A DNA stretch of 64,000 nt from an uncultured Methanoregulaceae archaeon (GTDB taxonomy: Archaea; Halobacteriota; Methanomicrobia; Methanomicrobiales; Methanospirillaceae): positions 1,952,001-2,016,000 of the forward strand of contig OY970343.1 in the NCBI GenBank assembly GCA_963717525.1. Direction: 5' to 3'. Positions 32,810 through 41,356 of this stretch are shown here, one piece after another. The number at the start of each line of letters is the position of its first letter. The stretch's first letter is position 1. A model generated the notes under the pieces. It made no database searches, was not told the origin of the DNA, and saw only the letters and a list, made by a program, of their open reading frames with translations. The translations under genes and the position numbers were made by a program.

Positions 32810-33904
32810 TTATAAGGGAGGTTCCGTTTCAGCGGATCCGGGCATCTTCCCGGTCTTTGCAGAGGTGTAAAGATCCAGCGCTGCAATCCCGCCGACCGTT
32901 GCCACCACAAACGCAACGATAAACACTGTGAGATAATAGAGGAGACCAAGAGCAATCCACGTGCCGGTGGGATGCGAGGTGACCATCCCGGGGGGCCAGG
33001 CCATCCACGGATCGTTATAGCCATGTGCTGCCTGGATGAGCAGGTACGTCAGGAACACACCGGATACGATAACTCCAAGGAAAACGGCGCAGGCAGCGAC
33101 CTCAACCCAGGTCTTTTTCATCATGGCAAACGATCCCACGACTGCCACCCTGATGGTCTTTTTCCCGAGAACGACAAAGGGCACGACAAACGGGGTCAGG
33201 ATGAACAGGAGCAGATTGATCGCCGAAAAGATCAGGGCCCACATGAACCCCATAGGATATATCCATAACAGCAGCGATCGTCCTCCATAACCCGGAACCT
33301 CGGTAAAGAGGTTCGGATCGAGCGTCAGGTTGAAGGGGAACTGGCCGAGAATGCTGGTAAGGAAAGGCCCGAAGATATAAAAATAACCCCAAATGCGGAA
33401 GAGCAGCATGCCTGCGAGTGCCAGAACTACAGACCACACAAAGAGTGTTTTCAGGTATTTTTTTGCCCCTGAAAGCTCCCCAAAAAACGAGGCAGAACCT
33501 TTCTTTGACGAGATGCTCATGACAAGGCCCGCCAGTAAAAACACCAGGCAGAACACAGTTGCGAGCTCGAGTAAAAAGTCCAGGACATAACTCACGATGA
33601 TACCAGGTTGCATGGCCCAGCCGATGTAGAAGAGTGCCGCTTGGCCGATGGTGTTTCCCGCCAGCACGAGCCCGGCAAGGAGCGTAAACCAGAGGAGCTG
33701 CCGGTTCCGCACCAGCGTCTTCGTGCCTGACAGGGCGGCACCGATTCCCCACCGGATCGTCCCCGATCCTCCGCCCCCGCCATCCGGGCTGCCCTCGTGG
33801 GCGGGTTCTGGCAGGTGAACACAATCTGCCTGCGAGGCGTGGACCAGCGGGGGTTTCCGGCACAGGCCGGACCAGTGTTCAGCGATGTCCGACACCCGGG
33901 TCAT
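32810..33904 (-). CDS. Multi-pass membrane protein with a soluble Cys-containing N-terminus
   Basis: About six hydrophobic helices; N-terminal EHWSGLCRKPP; ATGA overlap with the upstream HTH gene. Confidence 0.8.
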   Translation of the reverse strand: MTRVSDIAEHWSGLCRKPPLVHASQADCVHLPEPAHEGSPDGGGGGSGTIRWGIGAALSGTKTLVRNRQLLWFTLLAGLVLAGNTIGQAALFYIGWAMQPGIIVSYVLDFLLELATVFCLVFLLAGLVMSISSKKGSASFFGELSGAKKYLKTLFVWSVVLALAGMLLFRIWGYFYIFGPFLTSILGQFPFNLTLDPNLFTEVPGYGGRSLLLWIYPMGFMWALIFSAINLLLFILTPFVVPFVVLGKKTIRVAVVGSFAMMKKTWVEVAACAVFLGVIVSGVFLTYLLIQAAHGYNDPWMAWPPGMVTSHPTGTWIALGLLYYLTVFIVAFVVATVGGIAALDLYTSAKTGKMPGSAETEPPL

Positions 33905-34350
33905 GGTACCCTCTCCCTGATCTTCGTGAGTAATTCTTCAGCCATTTTTGTCGGGTCGGCAGTTTTCTCAATTGTGATCCCGAGTTCTGAAGCGAAATCC
34001 CAGATGAATTCGATACACCGGGTGAATTCATCGCAGGCATGACAGTCGCCGTCATGCTCGTACCAGACCTGCATGCCGTGCTTTTCCGAGACGAAGATAT
34101 AGGCATTGGTCTGGAACGGGATGGACCGCCCGGACAGGACGCCCTGTTCCACATCGATCTTCTCAACCTGGATCCGGTTTGCGTAGGCCATCTCCCGGAG
34201 CGAGGCATCGATCTTCTCGTCCATCGCGCGGAGTGCCTGCGATACACCCTGCCGGGTAATCCCGAGAAGGTTCGCTATTGAGATATTTGACATCCCGCTG
34301 CGCCGCATCTTCCAGAACCCGAACTGTTTCTCATTCGTCGGAAGGAACAT
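33901..34350 (-). CDS. HTH DNA-binding protein with a C-terminal Cys cluster
   Basis: GMSNISIANLLGITRQGVSQAL HTH; HDGDCHACDEFTRC; start ATG 34350 is about 27 bp below a TATA box. Confidence 0.82.
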   Translation of the reverse strand: MFLPTNEKQFGFWKMRRSGMSNISIANLLGITRQGVSQALRAMDEKIDASLREMAYANRIQVEKIDVEQGVLSGRSIPFQTNAYIFVSEKHGMQVWYEHDGDCHACDEFTRCIEFIWDFASELGITIEKTADPTKMAEELLTKIRERVP

Positions 34351-34351
34351 A

Positions 34352-34381
34352 TGTAAATGTATGGACATTTACAATATAAAA
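34352..34381 (-). promoter_or_regulatory. TATA box plus perfect operator palindrome TGTAAATGT-ATGG-ACATTTACA
   Basis: 9-bp inverted repeat at 34352-34373 between the minus-strand TTTTATAT (34374-34381) and the HTH start codon. Confidence 0.7.
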
Positions 34382-34552
34382 GTTATGTATGGTTGTCGGC
34401 CGAGATCTTATACCCGCGGATTTCTATCCTGTCAATTCAAACGATTGGGATGAATCCTCACCGTCAGGATCCCATATATCCGACTGATATCGCACCGGGA
34501 CCGGAACCCCCGGGACAACCCGGAAAGTAACTGGAATACCTTTCTGCCAGTA

Positions 34553-35884
34553 TCATGCCGGTCCGAACCGGTACGCTCCTTTCGGCACGTTCATTTCGAA
34601 ACGTGCCCCTTTCCCGGGCTCCCCGTTCTCCGTAATGGTGATGCCGGTTATCGAAAGGATCTCGCTGGAGAGGAAGAGGCCCAGTCCGGTATGCTTACCG
34701 AACCCCCGCTCGAACAGATGCGTTTTATCCCCTTTAATAATCCCGACACCATCATCCTCGCAGATAAGGACGAGCCCTTTTTCGGTCTCATGGGAGGAGA
34801 TGGAGATCTTCGTCATGGTATCTCCGCCATGCCTGAGGGCATTTTCGATCAGGTTATAGAAGACCTTCTCGAACAATGGATCTGCATAAATTGCAAGATC
34901 CGACCGGTCAAGGTCCAACCGCACCTCCCGCATGGGCATGGCCGCAACTGCCCGCCGGATACATTCATTGACATTCTGCCAGACAGGCGCCGTTGTTCCC
35001 ATATCCTCGTAGGCCTTCGTGAAGTCGATCTGGAGCCCGATGGTTTCAGCAATACTCATCTCTTTGTCAAGGTACTCCGAGATGACCGGTATACTACCCT
35101 GTTTTTCTTTTGAGAGTTCAAGATATCCTGAAAGGGCGATGAGCTGGTTCTTGATATCGTGCCGGGTTATGGATGAGAGGATGGTGAGTTTTTTATTTAC
35201 CCGGGAGAGTGCAGCCTCGCTTTCCCGGAGCTCGGTCTGGGTCCGGGCCATATTGAGTAACAGGAAGAAAACCGTGGCGACGATATCCATGAGGATCGTG
35301 ACGATAAAGAAGATTGAATTTACGGGATCCGGGTTTGAAAGCGAGGTATCCCAGGGGGTGATAATCGCTACAACGATTATCGCGGTCCAAAAAAGGGCCG
35401 TGACCAGGAGGGCCATAGCAAAGCCGTACCTGAGCGACCGGGTTTCCTGTTCCCGGAACCGCATCGCGATGAGGGAGGTCGCAACAAAGCAGGGAACAAT
35501 GAGAAGCCCTATGATCACGCCACGGATGACCGCCGAATCGACACGATACGTAAACCAGAAAAAAAAGAGCGCGGATGGAATGAGGGTGCTGTAGATGATC
35601 AGGGGGAGCGCCCTTGACCGGAAATATTTCCCGGTACTGTCAAGCCGCATCATGACCGAGAGCGCTATTAAAAGATCTGCAACAATTGCGGAGAGAAAAA
35701 CGGGCACGGATCCACTGAGTATAAACAGGAAATACCCGCAGGAGGTGACGAGCAGGGAAAGCATCCATGTCTTGAACCCGTTATAGGTCTTCTGGGTCTT
35801 CCAGAAGGAAAAAAGCAGGAGCGTGAGAAAAACGTTAACGAGGAAAAGAATCAGAAAAAGAGTTTTTATATCGGGGATCCACAT
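34553..35884 (-). CDS. Membrane sensor histidine kinase
   Basis: About seven N-terminal TM helices; H box ITRHDIKNQL, N box NLIENALRHG, DDGVGI, GLGLF. Confidence 0.93.
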   Translation of the reverse strand: MWIPDIKTLFLILFLVNVFLTLLLFSFWKTQKTYNGFKTWMLSLLVTSCGYFLFILSGSVPVFLSAIVADLLIALSVMMRLDSTGKYFRSRALPLIIYSTLIPSALFFFWFTYRVDSAVIRGVIIGLLIVPCFVATSLIAMRFREQETRSLRYGFAMALLVTALFWTAIIVVAIITPWDTSLSNPDPVNSIFFIVTILMDIVATVFFLLLNMARTQTELRESEAALSRVNKKLTILSSITRHDIKNQLIALSGYLELSKEKQGSIPVISEYLDKEMSIAETIGLQIDFTKAYEDMGTTAPVWQNVNECIRRAVAAMPMREVRLDLDRSDLAIYADPLFEKVFYNLIENALRHGGDTMTKISISSHETEKGLVLICEDDGVGIIKGDKTHLFERGFGKHTGLGLFLSSEILSITGITITENGEPGKGARFEMNVPKGAYRFGPA

Positions 35885-36024
35885 GGTCTTAAACTCCGCC
35901 CGGTGTTACCCCGCCGGACACTAATGATATGGTAATATGTGGAGAATGTTTTCTTCCTGTTATTATGAACATTCGTAATGTAGAGATCCGACCAATTCCT
36001 GCTCTGTATTGCCCGCTCAAAAAA

Positions 36025-36315
36025 GTGTTGGGTGGGGAGGGGGTGATCCCTACCCCCCCTGCCTTCTTTTTTTCAAGGGGGGTCACCCCCCCACCCATAT
36101 GCCGGAGCGCGTGGGGGGTACCCCCTCTCCATTCCGGCCCGGTCCGGCCCACAGCCACATCCCCAAAACCGGAGCGAGCGGAAACCCTCCGTCGGAGATT
36201 CCACGCGAACAACAGGATCCGGCCATGCAGAAAAGGTGCCGGATGTGGACATGGGGGGGAGGGGGGTACCCTCCCCCCCATGTGGCTGAGCGGGTGGGGG
36301 GTAGACCCCCACTCT
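36025..36315. repeat. Cluster of five G-run/C-run palindromes
   Basis: GGGGGTGATCCCTACCCCCC, GGGGGGTCACCCCCC, GGGGGGTACCCCC, GGGGGGAGGGGGGTACCCTCCCCCC, GTGGGGGGTAGACCCCCAC. Confidence 0.7.
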
Positions 36316-36430
36316 GGTGGTGTAAAGTGGCATCGTGTCTAAAAACAGAAAACATTTGCAAAGGTTTGATTCTGTTCGCCTCTCTAAGATCGTATAAATA
36401 TAAAATGAAAAATAATTGAGAGGTTAGCTT

Positions 36431-36826
36431 ATGGAAAAAACAACAAAGAGAACAACTCCCCATCAACAAAAGCCCGACCAGGGCACGGACAAAGCTGACG
36501 GGGAAAGCGCAGTGCTCGCGAAGATTGCCGCGATGCCTGATCCGTATCGCGCCATGGGCGAGCGGCTCCATGTTATCATCAAAACCAGTGCGCCCGTCCT
36601 CTCGCCGAAAATCTGGTATGGGATGCCTGCTTATGCCAGGGACGGCAATGTCATCTGTTTCTTTCGCGACGCTCAGACATTCAAAGAGAGATACATGACG
36701 CTCGGCTTCAGCGACAAAGCGAACCTCGACGAAGGCGCAATGTGGCCGACCGCCTTTGCGCTGAAGGAGTTGACTGCCGCCGAAGAGGCAAGGATCGGCG
36801 CACTCGTGAAGAAAGCGGTAAGCTGA
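36431..36826 (+). CDS. DUF1801 / YdhG-like protein
   Basis: [40 protein letters not shown]. Confidence 0.82.
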   Translation: MEKTTKRTTPHQQKPDQGTDKADGESAVLAKIAAMPDPYRAMGERLHVIIKTSAPVLSPKIWYGMPAYARDGNVICFFRDAQTFKERYMTLGFSDKANLDEGAMWPTAFALKELTAAEEARIGALVKKAVS

Positions 36827-36937
36827 GGACTCAGGCTCGCTTCTGCCCGGAAAAGAGAGGTGCGAACTTACAGATCAGTACGAAGGGGATCGCCTTCAAC
36901 CCGTCATTTTTTTTCAAGTGAAGCATCCTAAAAAAAC

Positions 36938-36975
36938 CGGTGTGGGGGGTACCCTCTCCCGTCCCATTCGGCCTT
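36938..36975. repeat. G-run/C-run repeat copy
   Basis: GTGGGGGGTACCCTCTCCCGTCCCATTCGGCC resembles GTGGGGGGTACCCCCTCTCCATTCCGGCC at about 36111-36139. Confidence 0.6.
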
Positions 36976-37088
36976 CAATTGGGTGGGATATTTTCATGGA
37001 TATGGTGAAGGTGTGGTATAAGCCGTTTTAATTTGAGAGGGAAGTCAGTTTATTAATAAAACACAGGATATAATTGATTGGTTCTTCT

Positions 37089-38099
37089 ATGGAACAAGAT
37101 CATTTACAATTGAATAATTTTGAAAATCTTAATCCCACCGAAAAAAGATTTTATCTCGATTCATTAGCGAGAGTATTTTCAAGACGTGTGATAGTTGAGG
37201 AAAAAACCTCCTTTTTTCCAAATCTTAAGGATGAGGTTATCCGAATTAATGAGGGAATCCCTGAAGATTTTACCCTCCCCAATACTGGACCGAAATATGG
37301 CGTTTCACCAATAACATGGATTCCTTGTGCCAAGTATAAAATTCTCATAAAAAACGGTTTTATATTGTCGGATACTGAGCAAAGAGTATGGTTTGAAATT
37401 ATCTTTGATAAAACAATTGAAAAAGACCAAAAGGATGTGATGAAATCCGTAATTCAAGATCCCAAGAGTGTAGTACTATCGTGTCTGGTAATTCCCGAAT
37501 ATAATAATTTTAAAATTGGTTTTCATTTTTACGTTTTGCGTGATGATAACGGTTGGAAAAAAATTAAGGATTATTACTACTACGGTTTTAAAAATTCACA
37601 CATGGATAACCAGGATTCCGGTAATACGGGCCTCATAGGATTTGATGATTTATCTTCACCAGAAAAGGGATTGCTCGGTGAATCATTGGGTCATATTTTT
37701 GCACGACGTTTATTAATTGAAAATAAGACGCATTTTTTCCCACTCTTCGAAAAGGAGGTTATCAGGATAGAGAAGTTGAGATATTATACTGTATCTCAGT
37801 CATGGGAGCCTGACATATCATTTCAGATTTTAACTAATGTTGATCCAATCGATTTGACACTGGAGTTAATTCCTAAAAAACATGTTTGCGTTGAGGTAAA
37901 AACTGGAAGAAATGCACGTTTTGAAAGATTTCAAAAAGATGACATGCAAAATTCTAGTTTGAAGTCAAATTTAATTATTTTATGTTGTAACATTTTACCC
38001 GATTCATCCAATTCGAAATTAAATGTACTGTTTCAGCAAGTGCAATACAAATCCGCTTGGGCAACGGTAGGTCAATATTATTACAAGGATTTCTTGTGA
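37089..38099 (+). CDS. AT-rich hypothetical protein made of two tandem PD-(D/E)XK-like units
   Basis: Strongly AT-rich ORF of about 1 kb; internal duplication; C-terminal unit has GE..PD..EVK. Confidence 0.7.
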   Translation: MEQDHLQLNNFENLNPTEKRFYLDSLARVFSRRVIVEEKTSFFPNLKDEVIRINEGIPEDFTLPNTGPKYGVSPITWIPCAKYKILIKNGFILSDTEQRVWFEIIFDKTIEKDQKDVMKSVIQDPKSVVLSCLVIPEYNNFKIGFHFYVLRDDNGWKKIKDYYYYGFKNSHMDNQDSGNTGLIGFDDLSSPEKGLLGESLGHIFARRLLIENKTHFFPLFEKEVIRIEKLRYYTVSQSWEPDISFQILTNVDPIDLTLELIPKKHVCVEVKTGRNARFERFQKDDMQNSSLKSNLIILCCNILPDSSNSKLNVLFQQVQYKSAWATVGQYYYKDFL

Positions 38100-38167
38100 T
38101 TCTTTATAAAATACATTTCGTTGTTTATTAGTGGCGATTGCAGCATTACCTTAAAAAAGTGAGACTT

Positions 38168-38557
38168 TTATTCCTTCTTTTCCGCAGCCGCCGGTGCCGG
38201 TTCTTTCTTCTTTGGCCCTGCCACCGGTACAATGTACAACCCATGGTGGGCGGTCATCGCTGCCGAATACTGGGTGTCCATCGCGAGGCACTTCGTGGGG
38301 CAGACCTCGACACAGCAGGCGCAGACAATGCAGCGCAGCCGGTCGATCTGCCAGGTCTTCTCCTTGACCTCCACGCAGATAGCCTGCGTCGGGCACTTGC
38401 GCTGGCATAACCGGCAGGTGATGCAGCCGTCCGGGTTGATGGTCACATGCCCCCGGGAGAGGCTCGTCTTCTTCGCCGGCTTTGCCGGGTACATCAGGGT
38501 TGCCGGGCGGGAGAACAGGCTCTTGAGCATCGTCTTTGTCATCTCAAAGTAGGTCAT
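38168..38557 (-). CDS. echF: Ech hydrogenase 2x[4Fe-4S] subunit
   Basis: CITCRLCQRKCP and CIVCACCVEVCP; last gene of the ech operon. Confidence 0.92.
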   Translation of the reverse strand: MTYFEMTKTMLKSLFSRPATLMYPAKPAKKTSLSRGHVTINPDGCITCRLCQRKCPTQAICVEVKEKTWQIDRLRCIVCACCVEVCPTKCLAMDTQYSAAMTAHHGLYIVPVAGPKKKEPAPAAAEKKE

Positions 38558-38563
38558 GCCTGT

Positions 38564-39643
38564 TCACCTCTCCGAACAGCCGACACAGGGATCGATCGAG
38601 AGCACGATCACCGGTACGTCCGCCAGTTCGCATCCCTTGAGGAGGGTAACGAGCGGCGGGATGTTCGTGAACGTCGGTGTCCTCACCCGGTGGCGGACGA
38701 GGTTCCGCTTGCCGTTCCCCTTGATGTAGTGGACGACCTCGCCCCGGGGCTGCTCCGCACGGGAGAAGTACTCGCCATCGGGAGCGCCGGTCACCTTCAC
38801 TTCGACCGGTCCCTCGGGGATCTTCTTCACGCACTGCTCGATGATATCGACCGAGGTAAAGAGCTCCTTTGCCCGCACCGCACACCGGGCGTAGCAGTCC
38901 CCGGACTGCTCCACGACGGGCCTGAAGTTGATCTTCCCGTAGGCTGCGTAGCCGGTCTGGCGCAGGTCGATCCCGATCCCGCTCCCCCGGGCCGTGGGGC
39001 CGACCGCACCGAGGGTGTAGGCATCCCCTTTCTGGAGGATCCCGACGCCTTTAAGCCGGTGGCTGACGGAGGCGTCGTGGAGGAACACTTTTGTCAGGTC
39101 GCGGAACGCAGGCTCCATTGCCTTGAGCCCCTTTACCATCTCGTCCAGTTTCTCCGGCGCAATGTCCCGCCGGACACCCCCGACCTTGCAGACACCCTGG
39201 ATCACCCGGCCGCCCGTGGTCGCTTCCATATCGTCGAGGACGTGCTCGCGGAGTTTCCACGCGTTCATGAACAGGTTCTCAAAGCCCATCCCGTCCGCAA
39301 AAAGTCCCAGCCAGAGGAGGTGGGAGTGCAGCCTCGAATACTCCGACCAGATGGTCCGGAGGTACTGGGCACGCTCGGGCACTTCGACCTTCATAATCTG
39401 CTCGATGCATTCCGCATACGTGTTGCTGTGGATGTAGCTGCAGATCCCGCAGATGCGTTCCGCGACGTAGATGTACTCGGGGTATTCGCGTTTCTCCACG
39501 AGCTTTTCAAGACCACGGTGGACGTATCCGATCGAGGGGATCGCGTCCACCACCCGCTCGTCTTCAAGCACGAGGTCGAGGTGGATCGGCTCCGGCAGCA
39601 CCGGATGCTGGGGCCCGAACGGCACGGTTATTTGTTTTGACAT
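38564..39643 (-). CDS. echE: Ech hydrogenase large [NiFe] subunit
   Basis: FGPQHP, HRGLEK, ERICGIC, C-terminal DPCVGCSER with no cleavable extension; start ATG 39643. Confidence 0.95.
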   Translation of the reverse strand: MSKQITVPFGPQHPVLPEPIHLDLVLEDERVVDAIPSIGYVHRGLEKLVEKREYPEYIYVAERICGICSYIHSNTYAECIEQIMKVEVPERAQYLRTIWSEYSRLHSHLLWLGLFADGMGFENLFMNAWKLREHVLDDMEATTGGRVIQGVCKVGGVRRDIAPEKLDEMVKGLKAMEPAFRDLTKVFLHDASVSHRLKGVGILQKGDAYTLGAVGPTARGSGIGIDLRQTGYAAYGKINFRPVVEQSGDCYARCAVRAKELFTSVDIIEQCVKKIPEGPVEVKVTGAPDGEYFSRAEQPRGEVVHYIKGNGKRNLVRHRVRTPTFTNIPPLVTLLKGCELADVPVIVLSIDPCVGCSER

Positions 39644-40008
39644 GAGGTGTCCTCCTTCGTGACGGTGACCGTGAAAGGCTGTTTGATCGTGGTCCGGTAG
39701 AACCGGCCGCCAAAATCGATGTTCATCCCGGAAACCGTGATGCCGAACAGGTCGTGGATCTCGTTTTCGTAGACGAATGCCCCGAAGAATACGCCGCTCA
39801 CGCTGGGGATGACCGTGTCCTGCTTTACGGTGATGCGCAGGTTGGTGAGCACGAAGTCCTTGTCGAATACGTAGTTGATCTCGAAGTCGTCGCCTAGTTG
39901 CGTGCAGCCGATCTGGACGAGCCGGTAACCGTCCTTCTTCATCTGGTCGGTCCGGGAGACCAGTTCCCCGATACCGATTAGGATAGTGGTCTGCTGATCG
40001 AGGGTCAT
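39628..40008 (-). CDS. echD: Ech hydrogenase subunit D (NuoC-like)
   Basis: IPSVS..YENEIHDLFGI; position in the operon. Confidence 0.9.
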   Translation of the reverse strand: MTLDQQTTILIGIGELVSRTDQMKKDGYRLVQIGCTQLGDDFEINYVFDKDFVLTNLRITVKQDTVIPSVSGVFFGAFVYENEIHDLFGITVSGMNIDFGGRFYRTTIKQPFTVTVTKEDTSCQNK

Positions 40009-40496
40009 TGCTGCACCTCCGCAGGTTTTTCCCCGGTGACAGCCGGGGCGGGCTGCTCCCGCGGGACGCCCGACACCATGGCCGTCCGTTTCTCCTCAAG
40101 GATCCCCAGCGCCTTCACAATCCCGTCGATGATGGACTCGGGCCGGGCGGCGCAGCCGGGCACGTAGACGTCCACCGGGATGGTCGTATCGATCCCGCCC
40201 GCGACGTTGTAGCACTCCCGGAAGATGCCCCCCGAGGTGGCACAGATACCGATGGCCACGACCACCTTCGGGTCCGGCATCTGGTCGTAGATGTTCTTGA
40301 TCACGTACTTGTTCTGTTCGTTCACCGTGCCCGTCACGACAAAGATATCCGCGTGCTTGGGGTTGCCGGTGTTGATGATCCCGAAGCGCTCCACGTCGTA
40401 CATGGGGGTCAGGCAGGCAAGGATCTCGATATCGCAGCCGTTGCAGCTCGATGCGTCGTAGTGGATGATCCATGGAGATTTTTTCAGGTATGCCAT
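40005..40496 (-). CDS. echC: Ech hydrogenase small subunit
   Basis: SCNGCDIE, GICATSGG, VPGCAARPE; start ATG 40496. Confidence 0.94.
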   Translation of the reverse strand: MAYLKKSPWIIHYDASSCNGCDIEILACLTPMYDVERFGIINTGNPKHADIFVVTGTVNEQNKYVIKNIYDQMPDPKVVVAIGICATSGGIFRECYNVAGGIDTTIPVDVYVPGCAARPESIIDGIVKALGILEEKRTAMVSGVPREQPAPAVTGEKPAEVQQ

Positions 40497-40498
40497 GA

Positions 40499-41356
40499 TC
40501 AGATCCTCCCGAGGAAGTACAGGATCGCGATATTGCCCGCGCCAAGGATGAGGGCAACCGCCCATGAGCTCTTCATGGCAAGCTGCCACTTCACCCTCGC
40601 GTTGGTGTTGTCTATTGCAAGTTCGAGCAGGTAGACGATGATGATTGCGATGATACCAAGGATCCAGCTCGCTGCAAAGAAGAGGAAGACAAAGGCGAGC
40701 AGGAAGACCACCTCGTACCAGTGCGCCACCTCGATAAAGCCGAGGTTCGGGCCTGAGAACTCGGTCATCACGCCTTTGACGATCTCCTGGTGGGCGTGGT
40801 GCGAGGTCGAGATATCAAATGGCGACTTACGCAGCTTGATCGTCAGGATGTAGACAAAGCCCAGAAAGACGCCCGGCAGGAGGATGACAAGAAGCGTCGG
40901 GAACCCGGCAATATCGCTGACGTTGAAGGACTGTGTCGCCACGTACATCCCGACCGCCGCAAGGAGGAGCATGGGCTCGTAGGCCATGATCTGGATCAGC
41001 TCCCGTTCCGCCCCGATATGGCTGTAGGGGGAGTTCGCCGTGTAGGCCCCGAGAACAAGGAAGACCTCGGCAAGCGTGAGCGCAAAGACCACTAAGAGGA
41101 GGTTTCCGCCCGCAAAGAAGAGCGCTCCCGAAAAGATTGCAAAGACAAAGTAACTGATCACGTAGAAGCGCTGGGTCTCGTTCACCACGGCGCCCTCCTT
41201 CTCGAAGAGCTTGCCCACATCGTAGAACGGCTGGAAGATCGAGGGACCGACCCGGCCCTGCATGTGGGCAGTGACCTTGCGGTCGATACCGGCAATAAGG
41301 CCGCCGATGACCGGCGCAAGCAGGATATACACAACAGCCCAGAGAAGGGAGATCAT
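40499..41356 (-). CDS. echB: Ech hydrogenase membrane subunit B (NuoH-like)
   Basis: DRKVTAHMQGRVGP..QPFYD..KL, KSPFD, QEIVKG. Confidence 0.93.
   Translation of the reverse strand: MISLLWAVVYILLAPVIGGLIAGIDRKVTAHMQGRVGPSIFQPFYDVGKLFEKEGAVVNETQRFYVISYFVFAIFSGALFFAGGNLLLVVFALTLAEVFLVLGAYTANSPYSHIGAERELIQIMAYEPMLLLAAVGMYVATQSFNVSDIAGFPTLLVILLPGVFLGFVYILTIKLRKSPFDISTSHHAHQEIVKGVMTEFSGPNLGFIEVAHWYEVVFLLAFVFLFFAASWILGIIAIIIVYLLELAIDNTNARVKWQLAMKSSWAVALILGAGNIAILYFLGRI

Noticed and set aside
36025..36315. CRISPR array interpretation of the repeat cluster
   Set aside because: Units are not identical, spacing is irregular, and no cas genes are present
35889..36571. Several Pro/Gly-rich ORFs on both strands across the 36-kb repeat cluster
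   Set aside because: They are translations of G/C runs with no motifs; the palindromes explain the open frames
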